DNA of 64,000 bases from an uncultured delta proteobacterium (GCA_963761335.1 CAVXGR010000015.1:67796-131795), one strand, 5' to 3'; shown: positions 40,308 through 51,396, numbered from the stretch's first letter. Program-made: numbers and translations. Notes: generated by a model not told the origin, from the sequence alone.

Positions 40308-42493
40308 CCCACGAGGGCCAATCGGCGGCGAACCTTGGCATGACTTACCACTGGCTCGTGCCGCTGATCGCGGCGGTTCTGAACGGCGCCCTCGGAGCGG
40401 TGGTGCTCCGCTACAACCCGCGGCATCCACTCAACCGCCTCTTTGCTCTCCTGAGCCTGACCCTGGTTTTCTGGCACCTGGACATCTTTGTCCTGTACTA
40501 CGTGCACGACGCCCAGTCGGCGTTGTACTGGAGCGACGTGTTCCGCGTCGGAACGCTGATGGCGCCCGCCGTCGCGGCGCACATGCTCTTGGTGTTCAGC
40601 GAATCGCGTTCACGGCCGTTGTGGATACTGCTCGGGATCGCCTATGCGCTCGCTATTTTCCTCGTCTTGGCGAACGCCGCGGGTCTCTTGGTCGAGGATC
40701 TCCGGACGTACAGCTGGGGGTACTACCCGATCGGGACGGACCTGTATCGACTGATCTTCGTGTCGACAGCGTTCGATTTGTCGCTGTTGATGTGGATCCT
40801 GATCGACGTCGTTCGGACGAGTGAATCGCCGCGCAAGCGTCAGCAGGCCAAGCTGTGGATTGTCGGCTCCGGCATTGCCATTCCGCTGGGGATGACGAAT
40901 CTCATCGCCACCTCGGGCATCCCGTTTTACCCCCTCGGCAACCTCGCCAACGTTGTCTACGCCGGGGTGGTTGCCTACGGGATGCTTCGCTACCGGCTGA
41001 TGGACATCGACATCGTCATCCGCAAGAGCGGTGCGTATTCGCTGGTCACCCTGCTGCTGATCGTCCCGGCCTTCGCGGTCGCGGTCTGGATGCAGGCACG
41101 GGCTTTCGGCAGAGTCGACGTCGATTTTTCCGCCGGGCTCGGCCTGCTCCTCGTTCTTGTCGCCGTCCTCTTTCCCATGCTGAGGACGCAGACCGAGTCG
41201 CGTCTCGAGGAGTCTCTCTTTCGCGAGAAGCACGAGTACCGGGGGATTCTACAAGAATTCACTCGCTCCATCGTGCGCATTCTCGACCGAGAGAAGCTGA
41301 TCCGCCAGCTGACTTCGACCCTCCTGGAGACCCTACAGCTCGACCGCGTGGCCATTGCCCTGCGCGACGACGTCAAGAACAGCCTGTCGGTGGACTACAC
41401 TCTCGGTGTCGCGGCGGCGTTGGCGGAGTTTCCCCTCCAGCATGGACTGGTCCGCGCCCTGGAAGGGCACCAGGAGGCAGTGCTTCGAGACGAGCTGGAG
41501 GTCAGTCCCAATGCCTGGGAGAGAACCGAGGCGGCGGATGCCTGTCGCATCAACGGCTGGGAGGTGTGTATCCCCCTCTTTGCAGGCGGCAAGCTGATCG
41601 GTTTCATGAGCCTGGGGCGCAAGCGCAGCATGGACGCCTTTTTTGCTGAAGACCTCGAGCTACTCGCCATGCTGGCGGCGGAAGCTTCAGTCGCCCTGGA
41701 GAATGCTCGCCTGTATGAGGAGCTCAAGAAGTCGCAGGACATCATCAGGCGCGCCGATCGCCTGTCGGCGCTGGGCACGCTCGCGGCCGGCATCGCCCAC
41801 GAGATCCGCAATCCGCTGGTATCAATCCAGACGTTCTTCCAGCTGGCGCCGCAGCGTTTGAACGATCACGAGTTTCTGACGGAATTTCTCCGCCTCACCT
41901 CCGGGGAGGTGAAGCGAATCACGGATCTGATCACCGAGCTGTTGTCGTTCGCCAAGTCGCCGAGCCCGAGCATGAGCGAGGTCTCCGTGAACGACGTGCT
42001 CGAGGGTGTGGCGCGGCTCGTCGAGCCGCAGGTGCGCAAGTCTCAGATCCAAATCATCAGAGAGCTCTCCGCCGACCTGCCGCTCGTGAGGGCAGATCAG
42101 GACCAATTGAAGCAGGTCTTTCTCAATGTTCTGCTCAACGCCGCTCAGGCCATGCAGGGTCCGGGTCGGATCATCGTGGCGACGCGGGAGATCAGTCATC
42201 ACGGCGAGCAATTTTGTCAGGTTCGGGTCACTGATTCGGGCCAGGGAATTCCCGGCGAGCTACAGGAGCACATCTTCGATCCGTTCTTCAGCACCAAGGA
42301 GAAGGGAACCGGGTTGGGCCTCGCCATTGCGCACCAGATCGTCACCGAGCACGGCGGCTTCATCGTCGTTGACAGTGAAGTCGGGACAGGGACGACATTC
42401 TGCATCCATCTTCGTCCGGCGGAAGCGAAGACGGGAGGATTGTTCGAGGATCCCCCTCTGCTGGCTGCAGGCGGGCGCCTGAAGCACTGGTGA
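40292..42493 (+). CDS. multi-TM (7TM-type) - GAF - HisKA - HATPase sensor histidine kinase, PrsK-like
   Basis: About 350 aa of TM helices, a GAF-like region (GWEVCIPLFAGGKLIGFMSLGRK), HisKA (IAHEIRNPLVSI) and HATPase (GTGLGLAIAHQIVTEHGG). The 5' end of the listed ORF is rejected. Confidence 0.8.
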   Translation: MGALLTHEGQSAANLGMTYHWLVPLIAAVLNGALGAVVLRYNPRHPLNRLFALLSLTLVFWHLDIFVLYYVHDAQSALYWSDVFRVGTLMAPAVAAHMLLVFSESRSRPLWILLGIAYALAIFLVLANAAGLLVEDLRTYSWGYYPIGTDLYRLIFVSTAFDLSLLMWILIDVVRTSESPRKRQQAKLWIVGSGIAIPLGMTNLIATSGIPFYPLGNLANVVYAGVVAYGMLRYRLMDIDIVIRKSGAYSLVTLLLIVPAFAVAVWMQARAFGRVDVDFSAGLGLLLVLVAVLFPMLRTQTESRLEESLFREKHEYRGILQEFTRSIVRILDREKLIRQLTSTLLETLQLDRVAIALRDDVKNSLSVDYTLGVAAALAEFPLQHGLVRALEGHQEAVLRDELEVSPNAWERTEAADACRINGWEVCIPLFAGGKLIGFMSLGRKRSMDAFFAEDLELLAMLAAEASVALENARLYEELKKSQDIIRRADRLSALGTLAAGIAHEIRNPLVSIQTFFQLAPQRLNDHEFLTEFLRLTSGEVKRITDLITELLSFAKSPSPSMSEVSVNDVLEGVARLVEPQVRKSQIQIIRELSADLPLVRADQDQLKQVFLNVLLNAAQAMQGPGRIIVATREISHHGEQFCQVRVTDSGQGIPGELQEHIFDPFFSTKEKGTGLGLAIAHQIVTEHGGFIVVDSEVGTGTTFCIHLRPAEAKTGGLFEDPPLLAAGGRLKHW

Positions 42494-42547
42494 GACGCTG
42501 ATATTGCTCGCGGCGCGAATCGCGCCGTGAGGAGCCGCGCGCGGCTC

Positions 42548-43924
42548 TCAACCCCCCGCGGCCGGATGAGCCGCCGGAGCCGCAAGCGGCAGCATCGTCA
42601 GCTTGGGCGTGACGTGGTCGTGGAGCCAGTGCGGATCCCACCACTCGACGGGATCGACGTGGGTGCCGTACAGCATCACGGAGAAGTGCAGGTGGTCGCC
42701 GCCCGCGAGACCGGTCTCCCCGGTCTGGCCGAGCGTCTGTGCGGTCTTGACGAAGTCTCCCGGCTTGACGGCGAGGCTGCTGAGGTGTCCGTACAGGGAG
42801 AAGATACCGAGGCCGTGATCGATGATCACGGCGTTTCCGTAGATGCCGAGATTGCCGGCATGCACCACGTAACCGTTCTGCGCCGCCTCGACATCGGCGC
42901 GCTTCAGCGAGGCGAGGTCGTAGCCGAGGTGCGTCTGATGGTCGATGACGGCACCCTTGTAGGTGTAGGTGCGGCGGTCGGCGAAGGAGCTCAGCGGCGC
43001 CGCGTTCGACTGGCGGTGGAAGGCGCCGTCCCAGAGGGGCTGCGGGCGCGAGTGCGCGGTGATCTCGTGGATCTGCTCCTCGTTGCGCTTGCGCAGCTCG
43101 CCGTTGATGAAGACGTAGCCCTGCACCAGATCGGGAGTGGCGGGGAGCTGGTTCACCCGCTGCATCTCGGGGACGACTCGCGCCACAAAGGCATCGCTGA
43201 TGTCGAGAGTGCGCTCGGCGAAGTGCCGCGGCTTGATGCGCACCGGCAGGTCCACCTCGACCTCGTTGCCGGCGGCGTCCCGCGCCACCACGTGCGGCTG
43301 CGCGTCGATGTCGAGATCCTGGGGGATGGCGAAGAACGCCAGGGCGACGTTGCCGTCGGCAAAGTGGCCGGTGGTCGCGGGAAAGTAGTAGTGGTCGACC
43401 TGGATGCCGCTGGCCACCGTATCCGGCGACTGGCGAAAGACGGCCAGCTCGACGCCGCCCAGACGCACGTTGTGCTGAGTGGTCAGCAGCTCGAGTCGGG
43501 GCGGTGTGACGTCCACGGTCACCGGGACCGAGGCGATCTGGCGCGGTGGCTGAGGCCAGAGATGCCAGGACCAGGTGTCGGCGAGCACCTGCAGGGCCGC
43601 CGGACCTTCCGCCACCTTCAGCGCGCTCAGGTCGGGCTCGACATGGAGCCGCACCGCGGTGATGCCACTACCGCGCCAGGTGACCTTCGGGTAATCCTGC
43701 CGCAGCAGCTCGTACGAGACGCCGCCGGCCTCCAAGCGAACGCTGACCGTTCGCAGCCCGGTCGCTCCTGCACTCACCTCGAAATCGACCGGAGTACGCC
43801 TTCCGAGCACCTGCACCGGAGAGGCCATGGTCGCCTGCGGCAGGCGGTGCTCGAACTTCAACCACCAGGCGCCGACCGCAACGACCACTGCAATGAGGAA
43901 GAGGAAGAAGGTGGCGCGCATCAC
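42548..43924 (-). CDS. M23 (LytM-type) metallopeptidase with N-terminal TM anchor
   Basis: HLGYDLA ... NGYVVHAGNLGIYGNAVIIDHGLGIFSLYGHL ... GDHLHFSV (HxxxD / HxH zinc ligands). Confidence 0.8.
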   Translation of the reverse strand: MMRATFFLFLIAVVVAVGAWWLKFEHRLPQATMASPVQVLGRRTPVDFEVSAGATGLRTVSVRLEAGGVSYELLRQDYPKVTWRGSGITAVRLHVEPDLSALKVAEGPAALQVLADTWSWHLWPQPPRQIASVPVTVDVTPPRLELLTTQHNVRLGGVELAVFRQSPDTVASGIQVDHYYFPATTGHFADGNVALAFFAIPQDLDIDAQPHVVARDAAGNEVEVDLPVRIKPRHFAERTLDISDAFVARVVPEMQRVNQLPATPDLVQGYVFINGELRKRNEEQIHEITAHSRPQPLWDGAFHRQSNAAPLSSFADRRTYTYKGAVIDHQTHLGYDLASLKRADVEAAQNGYVVHAGNLGIYGNAVIIDHGLGIFSLYGHLSSLAVKPGDFVKTAQTLGQTGETGLAGGDHLHFSVMLYGTHVDPVEWWDPHWLHDHVTPKLTMLPLAAPAAHPAAGG

Positions 43925-44297
43925 CGGAACCCGAACACGTGACGCATGCAGTCGTTGTGATGTGCGCTGGCGGTGAAGTCAACTCGCGGGCGCCGGAAGG
44001 GGCGCTTGGGGTCGACCCCGAGCAGGGTTGTACTCATTCGGTAGACTTCCGGATCGATGCGGGCGGGCGCATGGTGCCCACGCCTTCTGCCGGTGCACGC
44101 GGAGGTGGGCTCCGGCGGCTGGCATCGGAGCTGCATTACCTTTCTGCTCGTCAGCGTGGTCACCTCCCCTGAGGCGGTGGGCGAGGCCAGGGACGGCCGA
44201 GAGTTCGCGACGGCCTGCGCAGGACGAGCGGGTAGGACGGCGCACCGCCGAGGGGGAGACCACGCTGACTTCGCCGGCGAGCTCGCCCCTCGCCGGC

Positions 44298-45332
44298 TCA
44301 GCGCGGGGCGTCTCCAGCGCGGGCGAGGTGTGTGGTGCAGGTGTGCAGCGGTCCGCCCTCGAGGCGGGTGGCGACGGTGGGATCGCGCCGCAGGAGGTCG
44401 GACACGGTCACAGCCTGCCAGCCGCTCTCCTCGATGATGCGCAAGATCGTCGGCAGGGCCTCGGCGGTCACCCAGCGGTTGGTGTGCAGCAGGATGACGG
44501 CGCCGGGCCCGAGGTTTCGCTGTACCTGCGCCACCACCTCCTTGGCGTCGTGCGTGCGGCTGAGGGCGTCCTGCCCCGAGGCGGTCCATCCGGCGAGCTG
44601 GTAGCCGTAGCGCTCCGCCAGCTGCGCCGCCGGCTCGTCGATGCAGCCGTATGGCGGCCGGAAGAGTGGCGCGATCGGCGTGCCGGTCTCGCGCAGGACG
44701 ATGTCCGCCACTTCGTGGAGCTCGTCGCGGAGCTCGCGCGGCGAGCGATTCTCGAAGGGCGCGTGCGTCAGTGAGTGATTCGCCACCTCGTGCCCGGCCT
44801 CGACCATGCGCCGCAGCGGCTCGGGGTTGGCGCGCGCCCACGAGCCGACGACAAAGAAGGTCGAGTGGACCTGGTAGTCGCGCAGAATGCGAAGAACGGC
44901 ATCGAGCGTGCGGTGGGCCTCCCTGCCGTTGGGAATCTCGGTGTCGAAGGTGACGGCGATATATGGCGGATGGGTGACCCTGCCGAAGTGCGACGGCGGC
45001 TGCTGGTAGCGCGGTGGCCGGGCGTACGCCAGCTCGGCTGTGTCTGCGGCCGGCGCCGATTCCGCCAGCGCTACGCCCGGGCGCGGGACGTAGCTCGCCT
45101 CGACCTGCAGGAGAGTGTGACTCGTCGGGTGAGGCCGATAGCGCGTCTCGATCTCCAGGGCAAAGCCGTGGTGGTCGAGAGGGCGGCTCGCCCCTGGCAG
45201 CGACGCTGCGAACGGCTCCGCACCCGGGAACTCGACGTGCCGTGCCGCCAAGCTCGCGGCTGCCGCGAGCAGCAAGAGGGCACAGCCCGCCCACATGCTA
45301 TGGCGCGGCCGCGCGCTCAGTCGCCTCCGCAT
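44298..45332 (-). CDS. polysaccharide deacetylase (NodB-homology domain), secreted
   Basis: STFFVVGSWA...GHEVANHSLTH...RPPYG...ILLHTN motif series. Signal peptide after an internal Met. Confidence 0.75.
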   Translation of the reverse strand: MRRRLSARPRHSMWAGCALLLLAAAASLAARHVEFPGAEPFAASLPGASRPLDHHGFALEIETRYRPHPTSHTLLQVEASYVPRPGVALAESAPAADTAELAYARPPRYQQPPSHFGRVTHPPYIAVTFDTEIPNGREAHRTLDAVLRILRDYQVHSTFFVVGSWARANPEPLRRMVEAGHEVANHSLTHAPFENRSPRELRDELHEVADIVLRETGTPIAPLFRPPYGCIDEPAAQLAERYGYQLAGWTASGQDALSRTHDAKEVVAQVQRNLGPGAVILLHTNRWVTAEALPTILRIIEESGWQAVTVSDLLRRDPTVATRLEGGPLHTCTTHLARAGDAPR

Positions 45333-45591
45333 CCTCGCCTTCCACACAACCACCCCGCGTCCTCATAACTGACCCGGGCGTCGGTTTGCAAGGGCTCGGC
45401 TGCGGCCAGCGCCTCCGTCCCTCGGTGATCCACAGCTCGGCCTGCGGCGCGGGACGCGGCGGAACGGGCATTTACGCGAGCCACCGTTCCAGATATGAGC
45501 TATTCGGGCGCCGTTGGGAACCGCGAATTTTCGCGTGGCGGTCTTGCCGCGGCGGCGCCGGAGACCCTGAGGCCAGGGAAGGAGCGGGGAC

Positions 45592-46737
45592 ATGTCACAG
45601 GCGCGGGATACCGCGTGGGGACCGTGGCTGGCGTTGCGCATGGTGCGCGGCGTCGGCAGTGTCGTCTACCGCTCACTGCTGCGCGAGCTCGGCGACCCGG
45701 CCGCGGTGCTGGCGGCCGGAGCGCGGCGTCTCGAGGCGGTCGGGGTGCGTCCGGAGGTTGCCCGGGCGATTGCCGCCTTCGACGGCTGGGAGGCTGTGGA
45801 GAGTCAGCTGCGCCGCCTCGAGCGCAGTCGCGCGCGGCTGCTCACGTGGGTGGATGAGAGCTATCCCGCCAGTCTCCAGGAAATTCACGACCCGCCACCT
45901 TTCTTGTTTCTTTTCGGCGACTTACTGCCTGAAGACCAGGTGGCGGTGGCGGTCGTCGGCTCGCGCTCGCCGAGCCCTTACGGCCGCCAGATGACGCGGG
46001 CGCTGTGCGCCGGCCTGGCGCGATTGGGGATCACCGTGGTCTCCGGCCTGGCGCGCGGAATCGATGCCGAAGCGCACCAGGCGACGCTGCGCGGCGGGGG
46101 CCGCACCATCGCCATTCTGGGCTCGGGGATTGACGTGGTGTACCCCGGTGAGCATCATGGACTGTTCCGAGCCATCGCACAGAACGGGGCAGTCATGACG
46201 GAGTACCTGATGGGGGTTACGCCCGAAGCCGAGAACTTTCCGAGCCGCAATCGCATCATCAGCGGTCTGTCCCTGGGGACACTGGTGGTCGAGGCCACCG
46301 AGCGCAGCGGCTCGCTGATCACCGCCCAATACGCCCTCGAGCAGGGGCGGGAGGTGTTTGCCGTCCCCGGCCCGGTGGGGGCCCGCAGCCGCGGGCCGCA
46401 CCAGCTCATCAAGCAGGGGGCCAAGCTGAGCGAGCGCGTCGAGGACGTCGTCGAGGAGATCGCGCCGCAGCTGCTGCCGCGAGTGCGGCGGGCCGACCTG
46501 CCCCTGGCCGAGCCGACCGAGCTCGAGCGCCAGGTGCTCGAGCAGCTGAGCGAAGAGCCCACGCACGTGGATTCGATCATCGGGCGCAGCGGTCTGGCGG
46601 CGCCGCAGATCCTCGGGGCGCTGTCCTCGCTCGAGGTGAAGGGCTGGGTGCGGCAGCAGCCCGGTAAGCTCTTCGCTGCCGTCGAGCTGCCGCGCGACCG
46701 CCCATCGGCCCTGCGCCAAGCCCCGGAGGTGCGCTGA
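45592..46737 (+). CDS. dprA: DNA-processing protein DprA (Smf)
   Basis: Rossmann-like DprA core (VVSGLARGIDAEAHQA...ILGSGID...PSRNRIISGLS). RBS ggaaggagcgggg upstream. Confidence 0.9.
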   Translation: MSQARDTAWGPWLALRMVRGVGSVVYRSLLRELGDPAAVLAAGARRLEAVGVRPEVARAIAAFDGWEAVESQLRRLERSRARLLTWVDESYPASLQEIHDPPPFLFLFGDLLPEDQVAVAVVGSRSPSPYGRQMTRALCAGLARLGITVVSGLARGIDAEAHQATLRGGGRTIAILGSGIDVVYPGEHHGLFRAIAQNGAVMTEYLMGVTPEAENFPSRNRIISGLSLGTLVVEATERSGSLITAQYALEQGREVFAVPGPVGARSRGPHQLIKQGAKLSERVEDVVEEIAPQLLPRVRRADLPLAEPTELERQVLEQLSEEPTHVDSIIGRSGLAAPQILGALSSLEVKGWVRQQPGKLFAAVELPRDRPSALRQAPEVR

Positions 46738-46738
46738 G

Positions 46739-49054
46739 ATGGCAAAGAATCTGGTGATCGTCGAGTCGCCGGCAAAGGCGAAGACGCTGCAGAAATACCT
46801 GGGGCGGGACTATCAGGTGAAAGCTTCGGTGGGTCACATCCTGGATCTGCCGAAGAGCAAGCTGGGGGTGGAGATCGAGAACGACTTCCGACCCGAGTAC
46901 ACAGTGATCCACGGCAAGAAGAAGATCATCGACGAGCTCCGCGAGGCGGCGAAAGGCAAGGAGAACATCTTTCTGGCGCCCGATCCGGATCGCGAGGGCG
47001 AGGCCATCGCCTGGCACATCGCCGAGAAGATCGGCGGCCGCGGCAAGGGCAAGAAAAGCAACATCCACCGCGTGCTGTTCAATGAGATCACCAAGAACGC
47101 GGTGCAGAAAGCGATCAAGGAGCCGCGCGAGCTCGACCGCGACCTGTACGAGGCGCAACAGACCCGCCGTATTCTCGACCGCCTGGTCGGCTACCAGATC
47201 TCGCCGCTGCTGTGGAAGAAGGTGCGCCGCGGGCTCTCCGCCGGACGGGTGCAGTCGGTGGCGGTTCGCCTCATCTGTGAACGGGAGAACGAGATCCGCG
47301 CCTTTCAGCCGGTCGAGTACTGGTCGATCACGGCGCGGCTCGAGGGGCAGAACCCGCCGCCCTTCGAGGCTCGCCTGCTGCGCATCGGCGACCAGCGCCT
47401 CGACCCGGAGAAGTTCCGCGTCGAGAACGAGGCCGCGGCCGCCGAGCTGGTGTCGCGGCTGCGCTCCGAGCCGTGGACGGTCACCAAGATCGAGCGCAAG
47501 GAGCGGCGGCGCAACCCGGCGCCGCCGTTCATCACCTCGCGCCTGCAGCAGGAGGCGTCGCGCAAGCTCGGCTTCTCGCCGAGCCGCACCATGCGCGCCG
47601 CCCAGCACCTGTACGAGGGGATCGAGCTCGGCTCCGAGGGTGCGGTCGGATTGATCACCTACATGCGCACCGATTCGACGCGCGTTTCCCCGGAGGCGAT
47701 CGGCGCGGTGCGCGGTCTGATCGGCGAGCGCTACGGAAAGGAGTATCTGCCGGAGAATCCGGTGACCTACTCCACCAAGAAAGGGGCGCAGGACGCCCAC
47801 GAGGCCATCCGGCCGACCTCGATGGAGTACCCGCCCGAGCGGCTCTCCGGCTCTCTCGGCAAGGACGAGATGGCGCTCTACAATCTCGTCTGGAACCGCT
47901 TCGTCGCCAGCCAGATGATGCCCGCCGTATTCGATCACACCGCCGTGGACATCGAGGCCGACGGGACGACGTTTCGCGCCACCGGTCAGGTGATGAAGTT
48001 CGACGGCTTCATCCGCGTGTACACCGAAGGTCGCGACGACGAGAAGAAGGGGGAGGACGACGAGGAGAACGAGGCGGAGCGCCGACTGCCGCTGCTGCAG
48101 GAGGGCGAGAAGCTGCGCCTCCACGAGCTGCTTCCGGAGCAGCACTTCACGCAGCCGCCGCCGCGCTTCACCCAGGCGGCGCTGATCAAGGAGCTCGAGG
48201 AGAAGGGCATCGGTCGGCCGTCGACCTACGCCAGCATCGTCTCCACCATTCTCAACAAGGAGTATGTCAGTGAGGACAAGCAGCGGCGCCTGCGCCCGAC
48301 CGAGCTCGGCTTCTTGGTGACCGAGCTGCTGGTCGACGCCTTTCCCGACGTGCTCAACGTCGAGTTCACCGCCGGCATGGAGAGCACTCTCGACGAGATC
48401 GAGGAGGGACGGCAGAAGTGGGTCGAGGCGATGCGGCGCTTCTACGAGCCGTTCTCGCGCGACCTGGCCTCGGCGGACGAACGCATGCGCAACGTCAAGG
48501 CCGAGGGCCAGCCGACGGAGATCGCCTGTGCGCAGTGCGGCTCGAAGATGGTGATCAAGTGGGGCCGCTCCGGTGAGTTCCTCGCCTGCCCGCGCTACCC
48601 GGAGTGCAAGAACACCAGCAACTTCGTGCGCGACGAGGAGGGCAACCTCAAGGTTGCCGAGGAGGAGGTCACCAACGAGGTGTGCGAGAACTGCGGCCGG
48701 CCGATGCAGGTGCGCTTCGGGCGCTACGGCAAGTTTCTCGGCTGCTCGGGTTATCCGGAATGCAAGACGGTGCGCTCGCTGACGCGGCCGGTGCCGACCG
48801 GGGTGGCCTGCCCGGAGTGCAAGCAGGGTGAGGTCATGGAGAAGCGCTCGCGCCGCGGCAAGGTGTTCTACAGCTGCAATCGCTTTCCCAACTGCCGCTT
48901 TGCCACCTGGGACCGGCCGATTCCCGAGGCCTGTCCGCAGTGCAGCGCGCCGTTCCTGGTCGAGAAGACCACCAAGCGCGCCGGCACCGTGCGGCGTTGC
49001 CTGAGTGAGGGCTGCGACTACCAGGAAACGGTTGCCGAGGCGGAGGCGGTGTGA
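46739..49054 (+). CDS. topA: DNA topoisomerase I with C-terminal zinc ribbons
   Basis: Toprim ([12 protein letters not shown]), catalytic Tyr region and multiple C4 ribbons (CAQCGSKM...CPRYPEC; CENCGRP...CSGYPEC). Confidence 0.95.
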   Translation: MAKNLVIVESPAKAKTLQKYLGRDYQVKASVGHILDLPKSKLGVEIENDFRPEYTVIHGKKKIIDELREAAKGKENIFLAPDPDREGEAIAWHIAEKIGGRGKGKKSNIHRVLFNEITKNAVQKAIKEPRELDRDLYEAQQTRRILDRLVGYQISPLLWKKVRRGLSAGRVQSVAVRLICERENEIRAFQPVEYWSITARLEGQNPPPFEARLLRIGDQRLDPEKFRVENEAAAAELVSRLRSEPWTVTKIERKERRRNPAPPFITSRLQQEASRKLGFSPSRTMRAAQHLYEGIELGSEGAVGLITYMRTDSTRVSPEAIGAVRGLIGERYGKEYLPENPVTYSTKKGAQDAHEAIRPTSMEYPPERLSGSLGKDEMALYNLVWNRFVASQMMPAVFDHTAVDIEADGTTFRATGQVMKFDGFIRVYTEGRDDEKKGEDDEENEAERRLPLLQEGEKLRLHELLPEQHFTQPPPRFTQAALIKELEEKGIGRPSTYASIVSTILNKEYVSEDKQRRLRPTELGFLVTELLVDAFPDVLNVEFTAGMESTLDEIEEGRQKWVEAMRRFYEPFSRDLASADERMRNVKAEGQPTEIACAQCGSKMVIKWGRSGEFLACPRYPECKNTSNFVRDEEGNLKVAEEEVTNEVCENCGRPMQVRFGRYGKFLGCSGYPECKTVRSLTRPVPTGVACPECKQGEVMEKRSRRGKVFYSCNRFPNCRFATWDRPIPEACPQCSAPFLVEKTTKRAGTVRRCLSEGCDYQETVAEAEAV

Positions 49055-50385
49055 GCGCGGTCACCGTCATCGGCGGCGGCCTGGCGGGATGCGAGGCCGC
49101 CTGGCAGCTGTCGCGGCGGGGCGTGGCGGTGCGCCTCTACGAAATGCGGCCGCAGTGTCCGACGGCGGCGCACCGCAGCGACAAGCTCGCCGAGCTGGTG
49201 TGCTCGAATTCCTTCCGCAGTGATTCGCTGGAGGCGGCGGTCGGCGTGCTCAAGGTCGAGATGCGTCGTCTCGGCTCGCTGATCATGCAGGTGTCGGAGA
49301 GCTGTCGGGTGCCGGCGGGCTCGGCGCTGGCGGTGGATCGCGACCTGTTCGCCGCCGGGGTCACCGAGGCGATCGCCGCTGCCCCCGGGGTGCAGGTCGT
49401 CCGCGAGGAGCTGCCGCGGATTCCCGACGGGCCCTGCATCATCGCCACCGGCCCGCTCACCTCGCCGGCCCTGTCGGCGCATCTGCAGCAGTTGCTGGGG
49501 GAGGAGTATCTCTACTTCTACGACGCCATCGCCCCCATCGTCACCGCGGAGTCGATCGATCCCGAGATCACCTTCCGCGCCTCCCGCTACGACAAGGGCG
49601 GCGACGACTACATCAACTGCCCGATGAGTCGCGATCAGTACTACGCCTTCGTCGATGCCCTGCTGGCGGCGGAGAAGGTGCCGACGCGCGAGTTCGAGCG
49701 CTGTGTGTACTTCGAGGGCTGCATGCCGATCGAGGAGATGGCGCGCCGCGGCCGCGATTCGCTCGCCTTCGGGCCGATGCGTCCGGTGGGCCTGGTCGAC
49801 TCGCGCCGGCCGGAGCGCCCGTTTGCGGTGGTGCAGCTGCGCCAGGACGACTGCAACGCCACCCTCTACAACATGGTCGGCTTCCAGACGAAGATGAAGT
49901 ACCCCGAGCAGCGGCGCGTCTTCCGCATGATTCCCGGCCTGGAGAAGGCCGAGTTCGTCCGCCTCGGCAGCCTGCACCGCAACACCTTCATCAACTCGCC
50001 CCAGGCGCTGCTGCCGACGCTGCAGCTGATCGGACGTCCCGATACCTTTCTCGCCGGGCAGCTGATCGGCGTCGAGGGATATGTCGAGTCGGCCGCCGCC
50101 GGCATGCTGGCGGGCATCAACGCCGCCCGCCGCCTGCGTGGCCAGCCTTTGCTGGTGCCGCCGGCGACCACGGCCACGGGCTCCTTGCTCGCCTACGTCA
50201 CCGACCGCGGCCGGCGGGATTTCCAGCCGATGAACGCCAACTACGGGCTCTTCCCGCCCATCGCCGGCCGCGAACGCGGCCGCGAGAAGCGCCGCCGGCT
50301 CGCCGAGCGCGCCGTCGGCGATTTCGACGCCTGGGCGGCGGACCATTCTCTGGCGCCGCTGGCGTCGGCCTCGGCCGCGGGTTGA
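49051..50385 (+). CDS. trmFO: methylenetetrahydrofolate-tRNA-(uracil54-C5)-methyltransferase TrmFO (Gid)
   Basis: [18 protein letters not shown] motif and [10 protein letters not shown]. Conserved dprA-topA-trmFO order; 4-nt overlap with topA. Confidence 0.9.
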   Translation: MSAVTVIGGGLAGCEAAWQLSRRGVAVRLYEMRPQCPTAAHRSDKLAELVCSNSFRSDSLEAAVGVLKVEMRRLGSLIMQVSESCRVPAGSALAVDRDLFAAGVTEAIAAAPGVQVVREELPRIPDGPCIIATGPLTSPALSAHLQQLLGEEYLYFYDAIAPIVTAESIDPEITFRASRYDKGGDDYINCPMSRDQYYAFVDALLAAEKVPTREFERCVYFEGCMPIEEMARRGRDSLAFGPMRPVGLVDSRRPERPFAVVQLRQDDCNATLYNMVGFQTKMKYPEQRRVFRMIPGLEKAEFVRLGSLHRNTFINSPQALLPTLQLIGRPDTFLAGQLIGVEGYVESAAAGMLAGINAARRLRGQPLLVPPATTATGSLLAYVTDRGRRDFQPMNANYGLFPPIAGRERGREKRRRLAERAVGDFDAWAADHSLAPLASASAAG

Positions 50386-50443
50386 CGCCGGCGTCGCTTT
50401 GCGCCACACGGGGCGCTCTGGGCAGAAGGGAGCGCGGCGAACC

Positions 50444-51361
50444 GTGGAGAAGAGCGAGCAGATCTGGCTGGACGGCCGCTTCGTGCCGTGGGCCGAGGCG
50501 CAGGTGCACGTCCTCACCCACACGCTGCACTACGGCCTCGGCGTCTTCGAGGGCATCCGCTGCTACGAGGGGCACGACGGCAAGCCGGGAATTTTTCGTC
50601 TCGCCGAGCACGTGGAGCGCTTCTTCGCCTCGGCGCACATCCTCGGCATGAAGCTCCCCTGCGGGCGCGAGGAGCTGCTGCAGGCCTGCATCGACACGGT
50701 GCGCGTCAACCGCCTCAAGTCGTGCTACATCCGCCCGCTGGGCTTCATGTCCGACGGCGAGATGGGTCTGGCCGCCGACAACCCGGTGCGCGTCGCGGTG
50801 GCCGCGTGGCCCTGGGGCGCCTATCTCGGCGACGACGGCGTGGCCCGCGGGATCCGCCTCAAGACCTCGTCTTTTCAGCGCTTTCACCCAAACACCTTTA
50901 TGACCAAGGCAAAGGTGGTGGGCCATTACGTGAACTCGATCCTGGCGAGCCGGGAGGTGCGGGCCGAAGGCTACGACGAGGCCCTGCTGCTCGATACCGA
51001 AGGGTATGTCGCCGAAGGTAGCGGCGAGAACATCTTCGTGGTCCGCGGCGGTGCCGTGAAGACCCCGGCGCTCACCTCGGCGCTGCCGGGCATCACCCGC
51101 GACACCGCCATCGTCCTCTTGGCGGAGATCGGCCTGCCGCTGCGGGAGGCGCCGGTCACCCGCGACGAGATGTACATCGCCGACGAGGTGTTCATGACCG
51201 GCACCGCCGCCGAGATCACCCCCATCCGCGAGTACGACGACCGCCTGATCGGCCCGGGCCGTCCCGGGCCGGTGACCCAACGCCTCCAGACCCTCTACCG
51301 CGAGGCCACCAGCCGCCGCTGGGGGGCGGAGCGCGGTTGGGTCACCCCCGTGCCCGAGTAG
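50444..51361 (+). CDS. ilvE: branched-chain amino acid aminotransferase
   Basis: IWLDGRFVPWAEAQVHVLTHTLHYGLGVFEGIRCY... GTE. GTG start with GAAGGGAG 11 nt upstream preferred over the upstream ATG. Confidence 0.85.
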   Translation: MEKSEQIWLDGRFVPWAEAQVHVLTHTLHYGLGVFEGIRCYEGHDGKPGIFRLAEHVERFFASAHILGMKLPCGREELLQACIDTVRVNRLKSCYIRPLGFMSDGEMGLAADNPVRVAVAAWPWGAYLGDDGVARGIRLKTSSFQRFHPNTFMTKAKVVGHYVNSILASREVRAEGYDEALLLDTEGYVAEGSGENIFVVRGGAVKTPALTSALPGITRDTAIVLLAEIGLPLREAPVTRDEMYIADEVFMTGTAAEITPIREYDDRLIGPGRPGPVTQRLQTLYREATSRRWGAERGWVTPVPE

Positions 51362-51396
51362 CGAGACATTCAATTTTCTCCTGTGTTGCCTTTTAC

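Noticed and set aside
43925-44297. 373-nt gap between the M23 peptidase and deacetylase genes with small listed ORFs (for example 43979-44263)
   Set aside because: No RBS, low-complexity translation and no motif, so it is treated as an intergenic or regulatory region.
46577-50523. Long minus ORFs opposite topA and trmFO
   Set aside because: Antisense artefacts; no motifs.
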